Shown here piece after piece: positions 24,583 to 37,761 of a stretch of DNA of 64,000 nt. A program made the position numbers and the translations under genes. The stretch's first letter is position 1, and each line of letters opens with the position of its first letter. The notes under the pieces were generated by a model that did no database searches, was not told the origin of the DNA, and worked only from the letters and a program-made list of their open reading frames with translations. This stretch comes from Mobula hypostoma (Eukaryota), in assembly GCF_963921235.1 (NCBI RefSeq), contig NC_086100.1:201068001-201132000 (forward strand), read 5' to 3'.

Positions 24583-27500
24583 TTACCAAGAAAGTAGACG
24601 AAGGGAACGCTGTGGATGTTGTCTACATGGACTTTAGTAAGGCCTTTGACAAGGTCTCACATGGGAGGTTAGTTCAGAAGGTTCTGACACTAGATATCCA
24701 TGGAGAGGTTGTAAACTGGATTCGAAATTGGCTGCATGGGAGAAGACAGAGAGTTGCAGTGGATGATTGCTTCTCAGACTGGAGGCCTGTAACTAGTGGT
24801 GTGCCTCAGGGATCTGTGCTGGGACCATTGTTGTTTGTTGTCTATATCAATGATCTAGATGAAAATGTGGTAAATTGGATCAGCAAGTTTGCCGATGACA
24901 CTAAGATTGGAGGCGTTGTGGACAGCGAGGAAGGCTTTCAAAGCTTGCAGAGGGATCTGGACCAACTGGAAAAATGGGCCAGAAAATGGCAGATGGAATT
25001 TAATGCAGACAAAGGATAAATCAAGGTAGGACATACACAGTAAATGGTAAGGCACTGAGGAGTGCAGAGGAACAAAGAGATCTGGGAGTTCAGATACATA
25101 ATTCCCTGAAAGTGGCATCACAGGTAGACAGGGTTGTAAAGAAGGCTTTTGGCATCCTGGCATTCATAAATCAAAGTATTGAGTATAGGAGTTGGGATGT
25201 TATGGGGAGGTTGTATAAGACATTGGTGAGGCCAAATTTGGAATATTGTGTGCAGTTCTGGTCACCTAACTATAAGAAGGATATCAGTCAGATTGAAAGA
25301 GTGCAGAGAAGATTTACTAGGATGTTGCTGGGTCTTCAGGAGTTGAGTTACAGGGAAAGATTCAACAGGTTAGGACTTTATTCTTTGGAGCGTAGAAGAA
25401 TAAGGGGAAATTTGATAAAGGTTTACAAAATTATGAGGGGTATAGACGGAGTAAATGTGAGTAGGCTCTTTTCACTTTGATTGGGAGAGATAAATACGAG
25501 AGGACATGGCTTTAGGGTGAAAGGGGAAAGGTTTAGTCATAGTCATACTTTATTGATCCTGGGGGAAATCGGTTTTCGTTACAGTTGCACCATAAATAAT
25601 AAATAGTAATAGAACCATAAATAGTTAAATAGTAATATGTAAATTATGCTAGTAAATTATGAAATAAGTCCAGGACCAGCCTATTGGCTCAGGGTGTCTG
25701 ACCCTCCAAGGGAGGAGTTGTAAAGTTTGATGGCCACAGGCAGGAATGACTTCCTATGACGCTTTGTGCTGCATCTCGGTGGAATGAGTCTCTGACTGAA
25801 TGTACTCCTGTGCCCACCCAGTACATTATGTAGTGGATGGGACACATTGTCCAAGATGGCATGCAACTTGGACAGCATCCTCTTTTCAGACACCACCATC
25901 AGAGAGTCCAGTTCCATCCCCACAACATCACTGGCCTTACGGATGAGTTTGTTGATTTTGTTGGTGTCTGCTACCCTCAGCCTGCTGCCCCAGCACACAA
26001 CAGCAAACATGATCGCACTGGCCACCACAGACTCGTAGAACATCCTCAGCATCGTCCGGCAGATGTTAAAGGACCGCAGTCTCCTCAGGAAATAGAGACA
26101 GCTCTGACCCTTCCTGTAGACAGCCTCAGTGTTCTTTGACCAGTCCAGTTTATTGTCAATTCGTATCCCCAGGTATTTGTAATCCTCCACCACGTCCACA
26201 CTGACTCCCTGGATGGAAACGGGGTCACCGGTACCTTAGCTCTCCTCAGGTCTACCACCAGCTCCTTAGTCTTTTTCACATTAAGCTGCAGATAATTCTG
26301 CTCACACCATGTGACAAAGTTTCCTACCGTAGCCCTGTACTCAACCTTATCTCCCTTGCTGATGCATCCAACTATGGCAGAGTTATCCGAAAACTTCTGA
26401 AGATGACAAGACTCTGTGCAGTAGTTGAAGTCCAAGGTGTAAATGGTGAAGAGAAAGGGAGACAAGACAGTCCCCTGTGGAGCCCCAGTGCTGCTGATCA
26501 CTCTGTTGGACACATTGTGTTGCAAGCACACGTACTGTGGTCTGCCAGTCAGGTAATCAAGAATCCATGATACCAGGGAAGCATCCACCTGCATCGCTGT
26601 CAGCTTCTCCCCCAGCAGAGCAGGGTGAATGGTGTTGAACGAACTGGAGAAGTCAAAAAACATGACCCTCACAGTGCTCGCTGGCTTGTCCAGGTGGGCG
26701 TAGACACGGTTCAGCAGGTAGACAATGGCATCCTCAACTCCTAGTCGGGGCTGGTAGGTGAACTGGAGGGGATCTAAGTGTGGCCTGACCATAGGCCGCA
26801 GCAGCTCCAGAACAAGTCTCTCCAGGGTCTTCATGATGTGGGAGGTCAATGCCACCGGTCTGTAGTCATTGAGGCCGCTGGGGCGTGGCGTCTTCGGCAC
26901 AGGGATGAGGCAGGACGTCTTCCACAGCACAGGAGCCCTCCGGAGCCTCAGGCTCAGGTTGAAGACATGGCGAAGTGCTCCACATAGCTGAGGGGCACAG
27001 GCTTTGAGCACCCTGGCACTGACACCATCCGGTCCTGCAGCCTTGCTTGGGTTGAGACGTTTCAGCTGTCTTCTCACCTGTTCAGCTGTGAAGCCCACCG
27101 TGGTGGTTTCGTGTGGGAAAAGGGTATAGTCATGAGAGCAGGGTGAGGACTGTGAGGAGGGGTAGGAGGGGAGAGTTGAATATGTGTTGGTTGGGGGCCA
27201 ACAACAGATGGCTCATGTGGGGGATGGGCAGGGGTCACAATGTCAAATCTGTTAAAGAACAGGTTAAGTTCATTGGCCCTGTCCACACTGCCTTCCGCTC
27301 CTCTGTTCCTAGTTTGCCAGAACCCAGCGATGGTCCTCATCCCCCTCCAGACCTCTCTCATGTTGTTCTGCTGGAGTTTCCACTCAGTTTAGGGGGAACA
27401 TTAGGGGGAACTTCTTCACTCAGAGAATGGTGGGAGTGTGGAACGAGCTGCCATCTGACGTGGTAAATGCGGGCTCACTCTTAAGTTTTAAGAATAAATT

Positions 27501-27640
27501 GGATAGATACATGGATGGGAGAGGTCTAGAGGGTTATGGACTGTATACAGGTCAGTGGGACTAGTGGAATAACATTTCAGCACAGACTGGAAGGGCCAAA
27601 TGGCCTTTTTGCTGTGCTGTAGTGTTCTATGGTTCTATGA
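24583..27640 (+). mobile_element. CR1 (HER1-like) LINE split by a Rex element
   Basis: RT ORFs 24351-25019 and 25112-25480; resumes at 27387; TTCTATGG tail near 27625-27640. Confidence 0.9.
25537..27386 (-). mobile_element. Rex1/Babar-like LINE, 5'-truncated, RT largely intact
   Basis: ORFs 26085-27098 (YRPVALTS, DFSSSFNTI, GAPQGTVLSPFLF) and 25681-26199; 6-bp TSD GTTTAG at 25531-36 and 27387-92; (TATGAC) tail. Confidence 0.93.
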
Positions 27641-27846
27641 TCCTCCCTTTCAAGACTATGCCCATCTTTTCCATGCTGAGGGAAGCCTGGTTAGGAATGA
27701 ACCATTCGTCCATAAGATTTCGGAGTAGAATGCTACCAAAGTGCATAACCGTACACCTCCCAACAACGTATTCCATCCGCCATGCCCTCGCCCATTTTCC
27801 TAATCTAAGTCCTTCTGTCGTCTCTCTACTTCCGCAACTCCAACTA

Positions 27847-29170
27847 CAGTGCCTATAAAAGTTATTCACCCCCCCCGCCCCCCGGAAGTTTTCATTTTTA
27901 TTGTTTTCCAGCATTGAATCACAGTTGATTCAATTTGGCTTTTTTTGACACTGATCAATAGAAAAAGACTATTTTGTGTCAAAGTGAAAACAGATCTCTA
28001 CAAGGTGATCTAAATTAATTACAAACATAAAATGCAAAATAATTGATTGCATAATATGACACACCAAATCACCTCTGGTGCAGCCAATTGGTTTTAGAAG
28101 TCACATAATTAGTTATTAGTTAAATAGAGATCACCCATGTGCAGTCAAGGTGATTCAATTGATTGTGGTAATAATACCCCTGTATCTGGAAGATCAAATT
28201 GCCGGTGAGTCAGTATCCTGGCAAAAACTACCTAGGAAGACAAAAAAACACTCCAAACAGCTCTGTGAAAAGGTTATTGAAAAGCACAACTCAGGAAATG
28301 GATACAGGAAAATTTTCAAGTCACTGAATATCCCTTGAACAGTTAAGTCAATCATGAAGAAATGGAAAGAATATGGCACAGCTGTAAATCTGCCTGGAGC
28401 AGGCCGTCCTCAACTGAGTGACCGTGCAAGAAGGGGACTAGTGAGGGAGGCCACTAAGAGAACTATGACAATCTGGTTGAGTTACAAGCTTCAATGGCGG
28501 AGATGGGAGAGACTGCACGTACGACAACTGTTACCCAGGTACTTCACCTGTCGCATCTTTGTGGGTGAGTGTCAAAGAGAAAGCCACTGTTGAAAATTCA
28601 CATGAAATCTCATTGAGAGTTTGCCAGAAGGGATGTGGGAGACTCTGAGGTCAGCTAGAAGATGGTTCTATGGTCTGACTGAACCAAAATTGAGCTTTTT
28701 TGGCCATCAGACTAAATGCTGTTTTGGTGTAAGCTAAATGCTGCACATCATCAAAGACACACCATCCCCACCGTGAAGCGTGGTGGTGGCTGCATCATGC
28801 TGTGGGGATGCTTCACTGCAGCAGGCTCTGGAAGGCTTGTAATGGTAGAGGGCAAAATGAATGCAGCAAAATACAAGGAAATCCTGCAGGAAAACCTGAT
28901 ACAGTCTGCAGGAGAACTGCAACTTAGGAGAAGATGTGTTTTCTGTCAAGACAATGACCTCAAGCATAAAGCCAAAGCTACACAGGAATGGGTTAAAACA
29001 ACAAAGTTAATGTCCTGCAATCTGATCTCAGTGCAAGTGAGAATTTGTGGCTGGCCTTGAAAAGGGTTATTCAGTCATGATCCCCATGCAATCTGACAGA
29101 TCTTGAACAGTTTTGTAAAGAAGAATGGCGAAAATTGAAGTGTCCAGATGTGCAAAGCTGATAGAGACAT
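27847..29170 (+). mobile_element. Tc1-like DNA transposon, decayed and 3'-truncated
   Basis: TA|CAGTGCC left terminus; paired-domain remnant 'GYRKI.KSLNIP', 'PTVK.GGG.IMLWGCF', 'QDND.KH'; many stops. Confidence 0.88.
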
Positions 29171-29171
29171 C

Positions 29172-29950
29172 TCAGGTCAATGTCATACAGGCTCTAGATG
29201 AACTGAGTGATATAATCAACAGGCATGAAACAGCACATCCTGATGCTGTCCCCATCATTTTGGGGGATGTTAACCAGACCAGCTTGAAAAAGTCACTAAA
29301 TAATTACCATCAACAAATCATCTGTAGAACCAGAGGGAACAACACCCTGGAGCACTGTTACACCACTGTCAATAGTTCTCATCGTGCTATCCCACACCGT
29401 CACTTCAGGAAGTCTGATCACCTGGCTATACTTCTCCCTGCGTGTAGGCAGAGACTGAAGGTTGCAGCACAGTAGTGAGGACCGAAGAGGTATGGACTAG
29501 GGAGCCATAGCAGCTTTTACAGGACTGCTTTCTATCAGTGGACTGGACTGTGCTCAGGGAGTCACCTTCGAGCCTGGGTGAGTAGGCCGCAGCTGTTACT
29601 GACTTCATTGAAACCCGTGTGGATGAGTGTATGCCTACAAAGACTTACTGTTCATTCCCAAACCAAAATCTGTAAGTGAATTAGGAGGTATGTAGTCTAC
29701 TGAGGGCTAGATCTGTGGTATTATAAGTCTGGTGATCCACGTCTGTATAAGAAAGCCAGTTATGACTTGGGCTAAAGCTAGGGCTATTTCAAGAGTGAAG
29801 AAATAATTCTGGGAGAGCTTGGAGGCAACATCAGATGTGCATCAACTCTGGCAGGGTTTGCAGGACATTACTTCCTACAAAGTGAAACCCAACATCATGA
29901 ATGGCAGTGATGTTTCACTACCAGACGAGCCCAATGTCTTTTATGCTTTT
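29172..29950 (+). mobile_element. Rex1/Babar-like LINE internal fragment (APE endonuclease region)
   Basis: 'HPDA..IILGDVN...TRGNNTLEHCYT...SDHL'. Confidence 0.8.
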
Positions 29951-32440
29951 TGATTTTGTCCACCTTTTGCATTGCAACTCATCCTGTTGACTACAATTTT
30001 GCCCTATCAACAGCCTCTCCTCACTACACAGTGCTTCTGTTCATAAACCAGCAACCTCACCTTTAGCACTGTCATTCGTCTTTCCTGTGACTCTCCCTGC
30101 ATTGAAATATACACAGCTCAGGACACTAGTCGCACCATGCTCAACCTTTTGATTCCTGACTTTGTCTGAGGTCTTACCAACATCTCTCTCCACTAACTGT
30201 AGTGACATGCTGGTTCCCATCCCCCTGTAACTCCAGGGATGGGCAATAAATGGTGGCATTACCTGGTAATGCCCACATCCCGTAAATGAATAAAAACTAA
30301 ATGAAATTTGTAAAATTAGTCAGCTCTATCATGGGTACCAGCCTCCACAAATATACAAGGCATCTTCAAGGAAGTCAGCATCCTTCATTAAGGGTCCCCT
30401 CCACCCAGGGCATGCCCTCTTCTCACTGCTGCCATCAGGTAGGAGGTACAGAAGCTGGAAGACACACACTCGCATTAGGGTTCACACACTCGCACTCGAT
30501 TCAGGAACAGCTTCTTCTCCTCTGCCACCCGATTTCTGAATGGACGTTGAACGGTGAACACTACCTCACTTTTTTTAAAATTTGTGTTACTTTGAACTAG
30601 TTATTTTAACTTAACTATAGTAGACATATATTTAATGTAACTCAGTTTTTTCCCTCTATATTTAATTATCATGTATTCTGTTGTACTGCTGCTGTAAAGT
30701 TAACAAATTTCACCATATATGCTGGCGATATGGTTTCTGATTCTGATTCCAAAACCTCTACAATTGCTTCAGCCGTCTCTTTCAGAACCCTGGGGTATAC
30801 AACATCTGGTCCAGGGGACTTATCTACCTTCAGACCTTTCGGTTTCCCAAGAACCTTCTCTTTAGTTATGGTAACTTCACACACTTCATGACCCCTGACA
30901 CCTGTAAATTCCACCATACTGCTCGTGTCTTCCACAGTGAAGACTGATACAAAATACTTCTTCAGTTCCTCCGCCAGACTCCCATCATGGTCTTTCTACC
31001 TTTACAATTCCTTAGCTCTATAACCATGGTTCAACACTCTCTGACCCCTATGTCATTTTCTAATGATTTGATTTAATTTTTTACCAACAGAACAATGCTG
31101 CCCCCTCTGCCTTCCTGTCTGTCTTTTTAATATAATGTGTATCCTTGAACATTAAACTCCCAGCTATAATCTTCTTTCAGCCACGGTTCAGTGATGCCTA
31201 CAACATCGTACCTGCCAATCTGCAACTGTGCTACAAGTTCATCGACATTATTCCATGCACTGGGTGCATTCAAATACAACACCTTCAGTCCTGTATTCAC
31301 CCTTTCTGATCTTGTCCACCTTTTACTTTGCAATTCATCCTGTTGACTACAATTTTGCCCTTTCAACAGCCTCTCCTCATTGCATATGGCCTCTGTTTGT
31401 AAAGCAGCTAACTCATTTTCAGCACCATCATCCTCTTTTCCTACGATACTAATTTCATTGAAATACACGCAGCTCGGGACACAAGTCGCACCATGCTCAG
31501 ACTTTTGATTCCTAACCTTGTCTGAGGTCTTACCAACATCTCTCTCCACTACCTGTTCTGGCATTCTGGTTCGCATCCCCCTGTAACTCTAGTTTAAACC
31601 CCAGCATGCAACATTAACAGACCTTCTCACCATGATATTAGTCCCCCTCCAGTTCAGGTGCAAACCGTCCCTTCTGTACAGGATCCAACTCCCCTGGAAG
31701 AGAGCCTAATGATCGAAAAACTTTATACCCTCCTTCCTACACCAACTCCTTAGCCATGTGTTAAACTGTAGAATCTTCCTAGCCCTGGCCTCACTAGCAT
31801 ATGGTACGGGTAGAAATCCTGAGATCACAGCCCTGGGGGTCCTGCCCTTTAACTTAGCACCAACTCCTTGAACTCCCCCCTTAGAACCTCATCACTCACC
31901 CTACCCCTGTCATTGGTGTCTGTGACTGCTCACCCTCCCACTTAAGAATGCTGAGGATACCATTCCCGGAATCTCCTTCCCGTCCACAGGACCTCCTGTC
32001 TGTTCCTCTATCATCTCCTGATTGCCTCTTCTTCCCCCTTCCCTTCTGAGTCACAGAGGCAGACAGTGCCAGAGACCTGACCATCCTGCCCCCCCACCCC
32101 CCAACAGTATGCAGAGTGATATACCTGTTGTTGAGGACGATGGCCCTGGGGTTCTCTACACTGGCTCCTAACCCCTTTCCCCTTCGTGAATGTTACCCAT
32201 TTTCCATTGTCCTGCACCTTGGGTGTAACTACCTGTCTGTATGTCCAATCTATCACCCCCTCAGCCTCCAGAATTCATCCAGTTCCAGCTCCAACTCCTT
32301 AACGTGGAGTGTTAGAAGCTGCAGCTGGATGTACTTCTCGCAGTTGTAGTTGTCAGGGACACTGCAGGTCTCCCTGCATTCACACATTCCACAAGAGGAG
32401 CATTCCACGATCCTGCCAGGCATCTCTACTGTCCTCACTG
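29950..32440 (-). mobile_element. CR1 5' regions (ORF1 zinc finger/esterase and ORF2 endonuclease start), with a + strand Rex-like 3' end at ~30290-30750
   Basis: 'VECSSCGM..C', 'LKVLYLNA...YDVVGITEPWL'; (GATTCT)n tail near 30738-30750. Confidence 0.8.
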
Positions 32441-32823
32441 AGCAGATAGAAAGAAGGGAAGGAAAATAAAACTTATCCTTCAGCCTTTCTGAAACCTCGA
32501 AGAGCTAAAGCCTCGTGATCATCACACTGACTCTGCCCACTCAGACGATGGCCACTGCGCTTGCCCCAGCCTTCCTTTAATTTGTTCTTGCGAATCAATC
32601 CCAAACACCAATTGGCTGCTGGTTAAAGGTCTTTATTCCCTTTTCTACTTGGATGAAATCCCCTCCTCTCAAAACTGGATTGGTTGCTGGGTCAAAACTC
32701 GTTTTCACAGGTGCCCCGGAGGGGTTCACAGAGTACGCCCTAGAACAGGCCGGGGATAATCCCCTTAACTCTCTGAGCATTCTGGCATGTCCATCTGTCT
32801 TATTGTTGCTTTCCCTCTTCCAG

Positions 32824-32908
32824 AGGTGGAATTTTCAATGGGGGCACGGCTGGACTGGCGTCTTTTGGCTCCATTTGTTCAACAAGTCATTCTGGAGGAG
32901 TAAACCTG
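32824..32908 (+). CDS. adam15: ADAM15-like exon C, (L)GGIFNGGTAGLASFGSICSTSHSGGVNL
   Basis: ttccctcttccag|A GGT...CTG|gtaagc; 85 nt, phase 2/0; 'G.A....IC....SGGVN' ADAM motif; not in the ORF track frame, found by reading. Confidence 0.9.
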
Positions 32909-32914
32909 GTAAGC

Positions 32915-33300
32915 TCACATTCTTCCTGTTTTTCCAGTTCCTGGCGTCCCAGCTCTCACCACCCATCCACATTTCCCCTGTTCCTGGGATCTCAGTGCAC
33001 TCTCCTTGGTCAACTGGTGACCACCCATCCCCCTTTCCTCACTTCCTGGGGTCACAGCATACTCTCCTTGATCAACTGGTGACCACCCATCCCAGTTTCT
33101 CCAATTCCTGGGGTCCCAGCATACTCTGCTTGGTCAACTAGTGATCATCCATCGCCGTTTCTCAAGTTTCTGGGGTCCCAGTGTACTCTTCTTGGTAAAT
33201 TGATTATCACTATTCCCTCTTTCTTCCATTTCCCAGGAGCTTAATGCATTTTCCTTGGTCAGCTAGTGACCACCCATTCTCTGGTTCCTGATGTCCCAGT
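32915..33300. repeat. Pyrimidine-rich 62-bp tandem repeat, about 6 copies, directly after exon C
   Basis: unit approx CCACCCATCCCCCTTTCCTCACTTCCTGGGGTCCCAGCATACTCTCCTTGGTCAACTGGTGA. Confidence 0.85.
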
Positions 33301-33477
33301 GAGAAGGTGCAAGTTTTTTTTACACAGAGCACGGAGGCTGCCCGGTTTGGTGCTGGAAGTTGGTTTGATAGTGGTGTTGAGAAGCTGTCAGACAGACACA
33401 TGAACAGCATGGACTGGGGAATATGGACATTGTGCAGGGAGAAGGGACTTACTTTAATTGTACATTGCAGTCAGCAT

Positions 33478-33948
33478 AGATACTTTATACTTTATTGTCG
33501 CCAAACATTTGGTGCTGGAACGTACAATCATTACAATGATATTTGATTCTGCGCTTCGCGCTCCCTGGATTACAAATATTAAATATTAAAAATAGTAAAA
33601 ATTAGTAAATATTAAACAATTAAATTATAAATCATAAATAGAAAATAGAAAAATGGAAAGTGAGGTAGTGCAAAAAAAACCGAGAGGTAGGTCCGGATAT
33701 TTGGAGGGTACGGCCCAGATCCGGGCCAGGATCCGTTCAGCAGTCTTATCACAGTTGGAAAGAAGCTGTTCCCAAATCTGGCCGTACGTGTCTTCAAGCT
33801 CCTGAGCCTTCTCCCGGAGGGAAGAGGGACGAAAAGTCTGTTGGCTGGGTGGGTCGAGTCCTTGATTATCCTGGCAGCACTGCTCCAACAGCGTGCAGTG
33901 TAAAGTGAGTCCACGAATGGAAGATTGGTTTGTGTGATACTGTGGGCC
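33478..33948 (-). mobile_element. Rex1/Babar-like LINE 3' end
   Basis: 'IIKDSTHPANRLFVPLPSGRRLRSLKTRTARFGNSFFPTVIRLLN'. Confidence 0.85.
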
Positions 33949-34641
33949 AAACGGCCTGTTCCTGTTCTATATTCTAACTGGAATGAAAGGGATATGGATC
34001 ATGTGCAGGTAGAAATGATCAGTTTAATTTAGTGAAGCGTTCAGGATGAACATTGTGGACCCAAGGGCCTGGCTGAGTTGTTTTGCTCTATGTTCTTACT
34101 GGATACAGGAAATGAGAGGGAGGGGGAGATCAGTGGTAGTTCCTGAGCTAATTATTGAGTTGTCGGGACTGTAATGTGACCAGGCTGAGGTGCTGTTCCC
34201 CAAACATGCACTGAGCTTCATCAGAACCACACTAGAGTCAACAGGCACACAGGCAGAGTGGGACGGAGAATTGGTGATCAGCAGCTGGAGGTTCAGCTCA
34301 CTGGTGAAGACTGAGTGGAAGGAGACTGCATAACTCACAATCTGGAGAAATAGAAATGGTTTGCCCTTCACCAAAATGAATAAATCTCTCAACCGCGTTC
34401 TATGTGTCACTGATCTGTGCGCATCCTATGTACTTTCACCAGACCGTGATAGCAGATACGCTGGGGGGAGGGGGTGTTCGCTGTCAGTGGGAGCAACCAA
34501 CTGTGAAGCTGTTCAGTTAGTTCTCCAGTTTACACAGTTCATTAATTTAACTGGTTTACTGTTAAGTTTACTGTTTATTTAACACGTTTATACAGTTACA
34601 CAGTTGATTTGGTTTCTGTGACATGAGGGGATGATTTTAGG

Positions 34642-35344
34642 CAGGGGGTCCCCAACCTTTTTTGCACCGCGGACCGGTTTAATATTGACAATATTCTTGC
34701 GGACTGGCAAGTAGGGTTAAACTCACCTCAACATGTCTTTTACAGTTAGGGCTGCCAACTTTCTCACTCCCAAATAAGGGTAGCAGTCAAATCCCAGGAA
34801 ACTTTACCCCAGGAAAGACTACCATGACCATGAAGCCTTGTGCGCATGCGTGACGTGCCGATTTCCCCCCCCAATCAGTTTTGCCTTCGTCTTCCAGACT
34901 ATACTGTACATACATTATTTCTACTTTGTATAGACTGTGTATTTATCATATCATTCCTGCTTTTACTATATGTTAGTGTTAGTTATTTTTGGTTTTATGT
35001 GTTATTTGGTATGATTTGTTAGGTTATTTTTTGGGTCTGGGAACGCTCAAAAATTTTTCCCATATAAATTAATGGTAATTGCTTCTTCGCTTCACTTCAT
35101 TTCGGCATGAAAGGTTTCAGAGGAACGCTCTACCTTAGCGGGGGAGATACGGGACAAACCAATTTTGCCCAATATACGGGATGTCCCGGCTAATACGGGA
35201 CAGTTGGCAACCCTATGTTCAAGTTCAACAGTGCATGACAGGGAATGAGGGAAGGTGCAGCTGACTCGTATCGTTTCCTCGCGGTCCGGCAGCACATGCT
35301 TTGCGGCCTGGTACCGGTCCATGGCCTGGTGGTTGGGACCGCTG
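34642..35344. mobile_element. Non-autonomous hAT (Charlie-type) element
   Basis: termini CAGGGGGTCCCCAACC / GGTTGGGACCGCTG; 8-bp TSD ATTTTAGG / ATTCTAGG. Confidence 0.85.
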
Positions 35345-35389
35345 ATTCTAGGGATGTACTTGAGATGTTGTTTGTTTCCCCCCCACCAG

Positions 35390-35532
35390 GACATTCACTC
35401 AAGCTTCCTGGCAATTTCGGCTACCATTTCTCATGAGCTTGGACACAATCTTGGAATCTCTCATGACACAAAGGAACGGAAATGCCAGTGCCCGGGTGAG
35501 AGTGCTGGCTGCATCATGGAAGAAGCTGTGGG
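35390..35532 (+). CDS. adam15: ADAM15-like exon D, catalytic zinc site DIHSSFLAISATISHELGHNLGISHDTKERKCQCPGESAGCIMEEAV(G)
   Basis: ccccaccag|GAC...GG|gtaaga; 143 nt, phase 0/2; HExGHxxGxxHD at 35432-35467 and Met-turn CIM at 35510-35518. Confidence 0.95.
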
Positions 35533-37761
35533 GTAAGAAGAATCTGGCACGTTGACATGAGCATACTTTAGCGGCCAAGGGAATGAGGGATTATTGGCTT
35601 GGCCCAGCGAGTGGACCGTGTGCAGACTGGTCCCACCACAGCCTGGTATGGAAACACAGACGTCCAGGAATGGAACAAGCTACAGAAGGTAGTGGGTATA
35701 CAGTTCTGTGCCAAAGTCTGGCACATATACTCAGCCAGGTTGCCTAACATGTTTGCATGGTACTGCAGCCCTTGTATGTACAACACTATACTGCTGCCGT
35801 TTTAAAAAAAAGTAATTTCATGACACATGTGACTGATGATAAAACTGATTCCGATATGGGTCTCTGCTGAGGACTGAGAGTGGGAAGGGGGCAGGGAGAG
35901 TGGAATCATGGTTGGGAAAAGGGGAAGGAAGAGGGGAGAGTGTGAGAAGCTCCAGAGGCACATTCTGTAGTGATAATAGACCAATTGTTTGGAATCAAAT
36001 GACCTTGCTTAGTGTCTCAGGGCTGGGTGTGTCTACACCCATGCCACCCCCCACCCCGGCACTCCTTCTCTGCCACCTGTCAGCCCCAATCTCTTGCCTT
36101 CTCTCTGTATCCCTTTACATTCTGACCCATCGAGAATCCATCAGTCTCTGCCTTAAATATATCTAAAGACTTGATGTCCACAGTTGCCTGTGGCAAAGAA
36201 TTCCACAGATTCACCATTCCTTGGCTAAAAAATCCCTCCTCATCTCCATTCCAGAAGGACGCCATTCTATTCTGAGGCTTGACCTCTGGTCTCCCACCAT
36301 CAGAGATGTCCTCTCCATATCCACTCCGTGCACCATTCGACAGGTTTCAATGATGTCACCCCTCATTCTTCTGAATTCTGTTGAATACAGGCCCAGAGTC
36401 ATCAAATGGTCTTCATATGACGAGCTATTCAATCCTGGAATCATTTTTGTGAACCTTCTTTGAACCATCTCCAGCTTCAGTATATCCTTTATAGGATAAG
36501 GGGCCCAAAACTACTCATAATACTCATGTGAGGCCTCACCAGTACTTTATAGTTTTTATATTCTAGTTGTCTTGAAATGATTGCTAATGTCACATTTGCC
36601 TTCCTCACCACAGACTCTACCTGCAAATGAACCATTAGGAAATCCTGCACAAGGACTCCCAAGGCCCTTGTGCCTCAGTTTTTTGTATTTTCTCTCCAGT
36701 TGGAAAATGGACAACCCTTTCATTTCTTCTAACAAAGTGGAATACCATAACTTCTCAACATTGTATTCCATCTGCCATTTCTTTGCTCATTCTCTTTATT
36801 TGTCTGAGTCATTCTGTAGTCTCTCTACTTCCTCAAAACCACCTGCCCCTCCACCTATCTTCGTATCGTCTTCAAACTGAGCAACGATGCCATCAATGCC
36901 GTTATCCAAAATATTGACATATAACCTGAAAACAATTGGTCCCCACACAGACCCCAGTGGATCACCACTAGTCAATGGCAGCCAACCAGAAAAGGCTCCC
37001 TTTATTACAACTCTTTGCCTCCTGCCAATCAGCCACTGGTTTATCCATGCTAGAATCTTTCTTGTAATACCATGGGCTCATAGCGTGTTCAACTGCCTCT
37101 TGTATGTCACCTTGTCAAAGGCCTTCTGAAAATCCAAGTACATGACATCATCTGATTCTCCTTTATCTGCTTGTTATTTCTTCAAAGAATTAACAGATTT
37201 GTCAGGCAAGATTTTCCTTTGAAGAAAGCCATGCTGACTGCAACCTGTTTTATCATGGGCCTTCGAGTTCCCTGACATCTCATCCTTAATAATCGAATCC
37301 AACAGCTTCCCAACCACTGAGGTCAGACTAACTGGCCAATAGTTTCCTTTCTTCTGCCTCTCCCCCTTCTTGAAGAGTGGAGTGACATTTGCAAATTTTC
37401 AGTCTTCCAGAACCATTCCAGAATCTGGTGATTCTTGAATGGACATTACTATGCCTCCATGATTTCTTAAGCCATCTCTTTCAGAACCCTGGGGTGTGCA
37501 CCATCTGGTCCAGGTGACTTACCTACCTTCAGACTTTTCAGTTTCCCAAAAGCCTTCACTCAGGTAATGGTAACTTCGCACACTTCATGCCCCCAGACAC
37601 CTGGAACTTCCATCATCCTGCTCGTATCTTCCACATTAAAGACTGATGCAAAATACTTATTCAGTTCATCCGCTATTTCATTGTTCCCCATTACTATCTC
37701 TCCAGCATCATTTTCCAGTAATCCAATATCCACTCTCTCCTCTCTTTTATACTTTATTTAT

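Noticed and set aside
32653..33141. 162-aa ORF as a host gene
   Set aside because: It overlaps exon C in a different frame and continues into a tandem repeat; the ADAM-matching frame is 32824-32908
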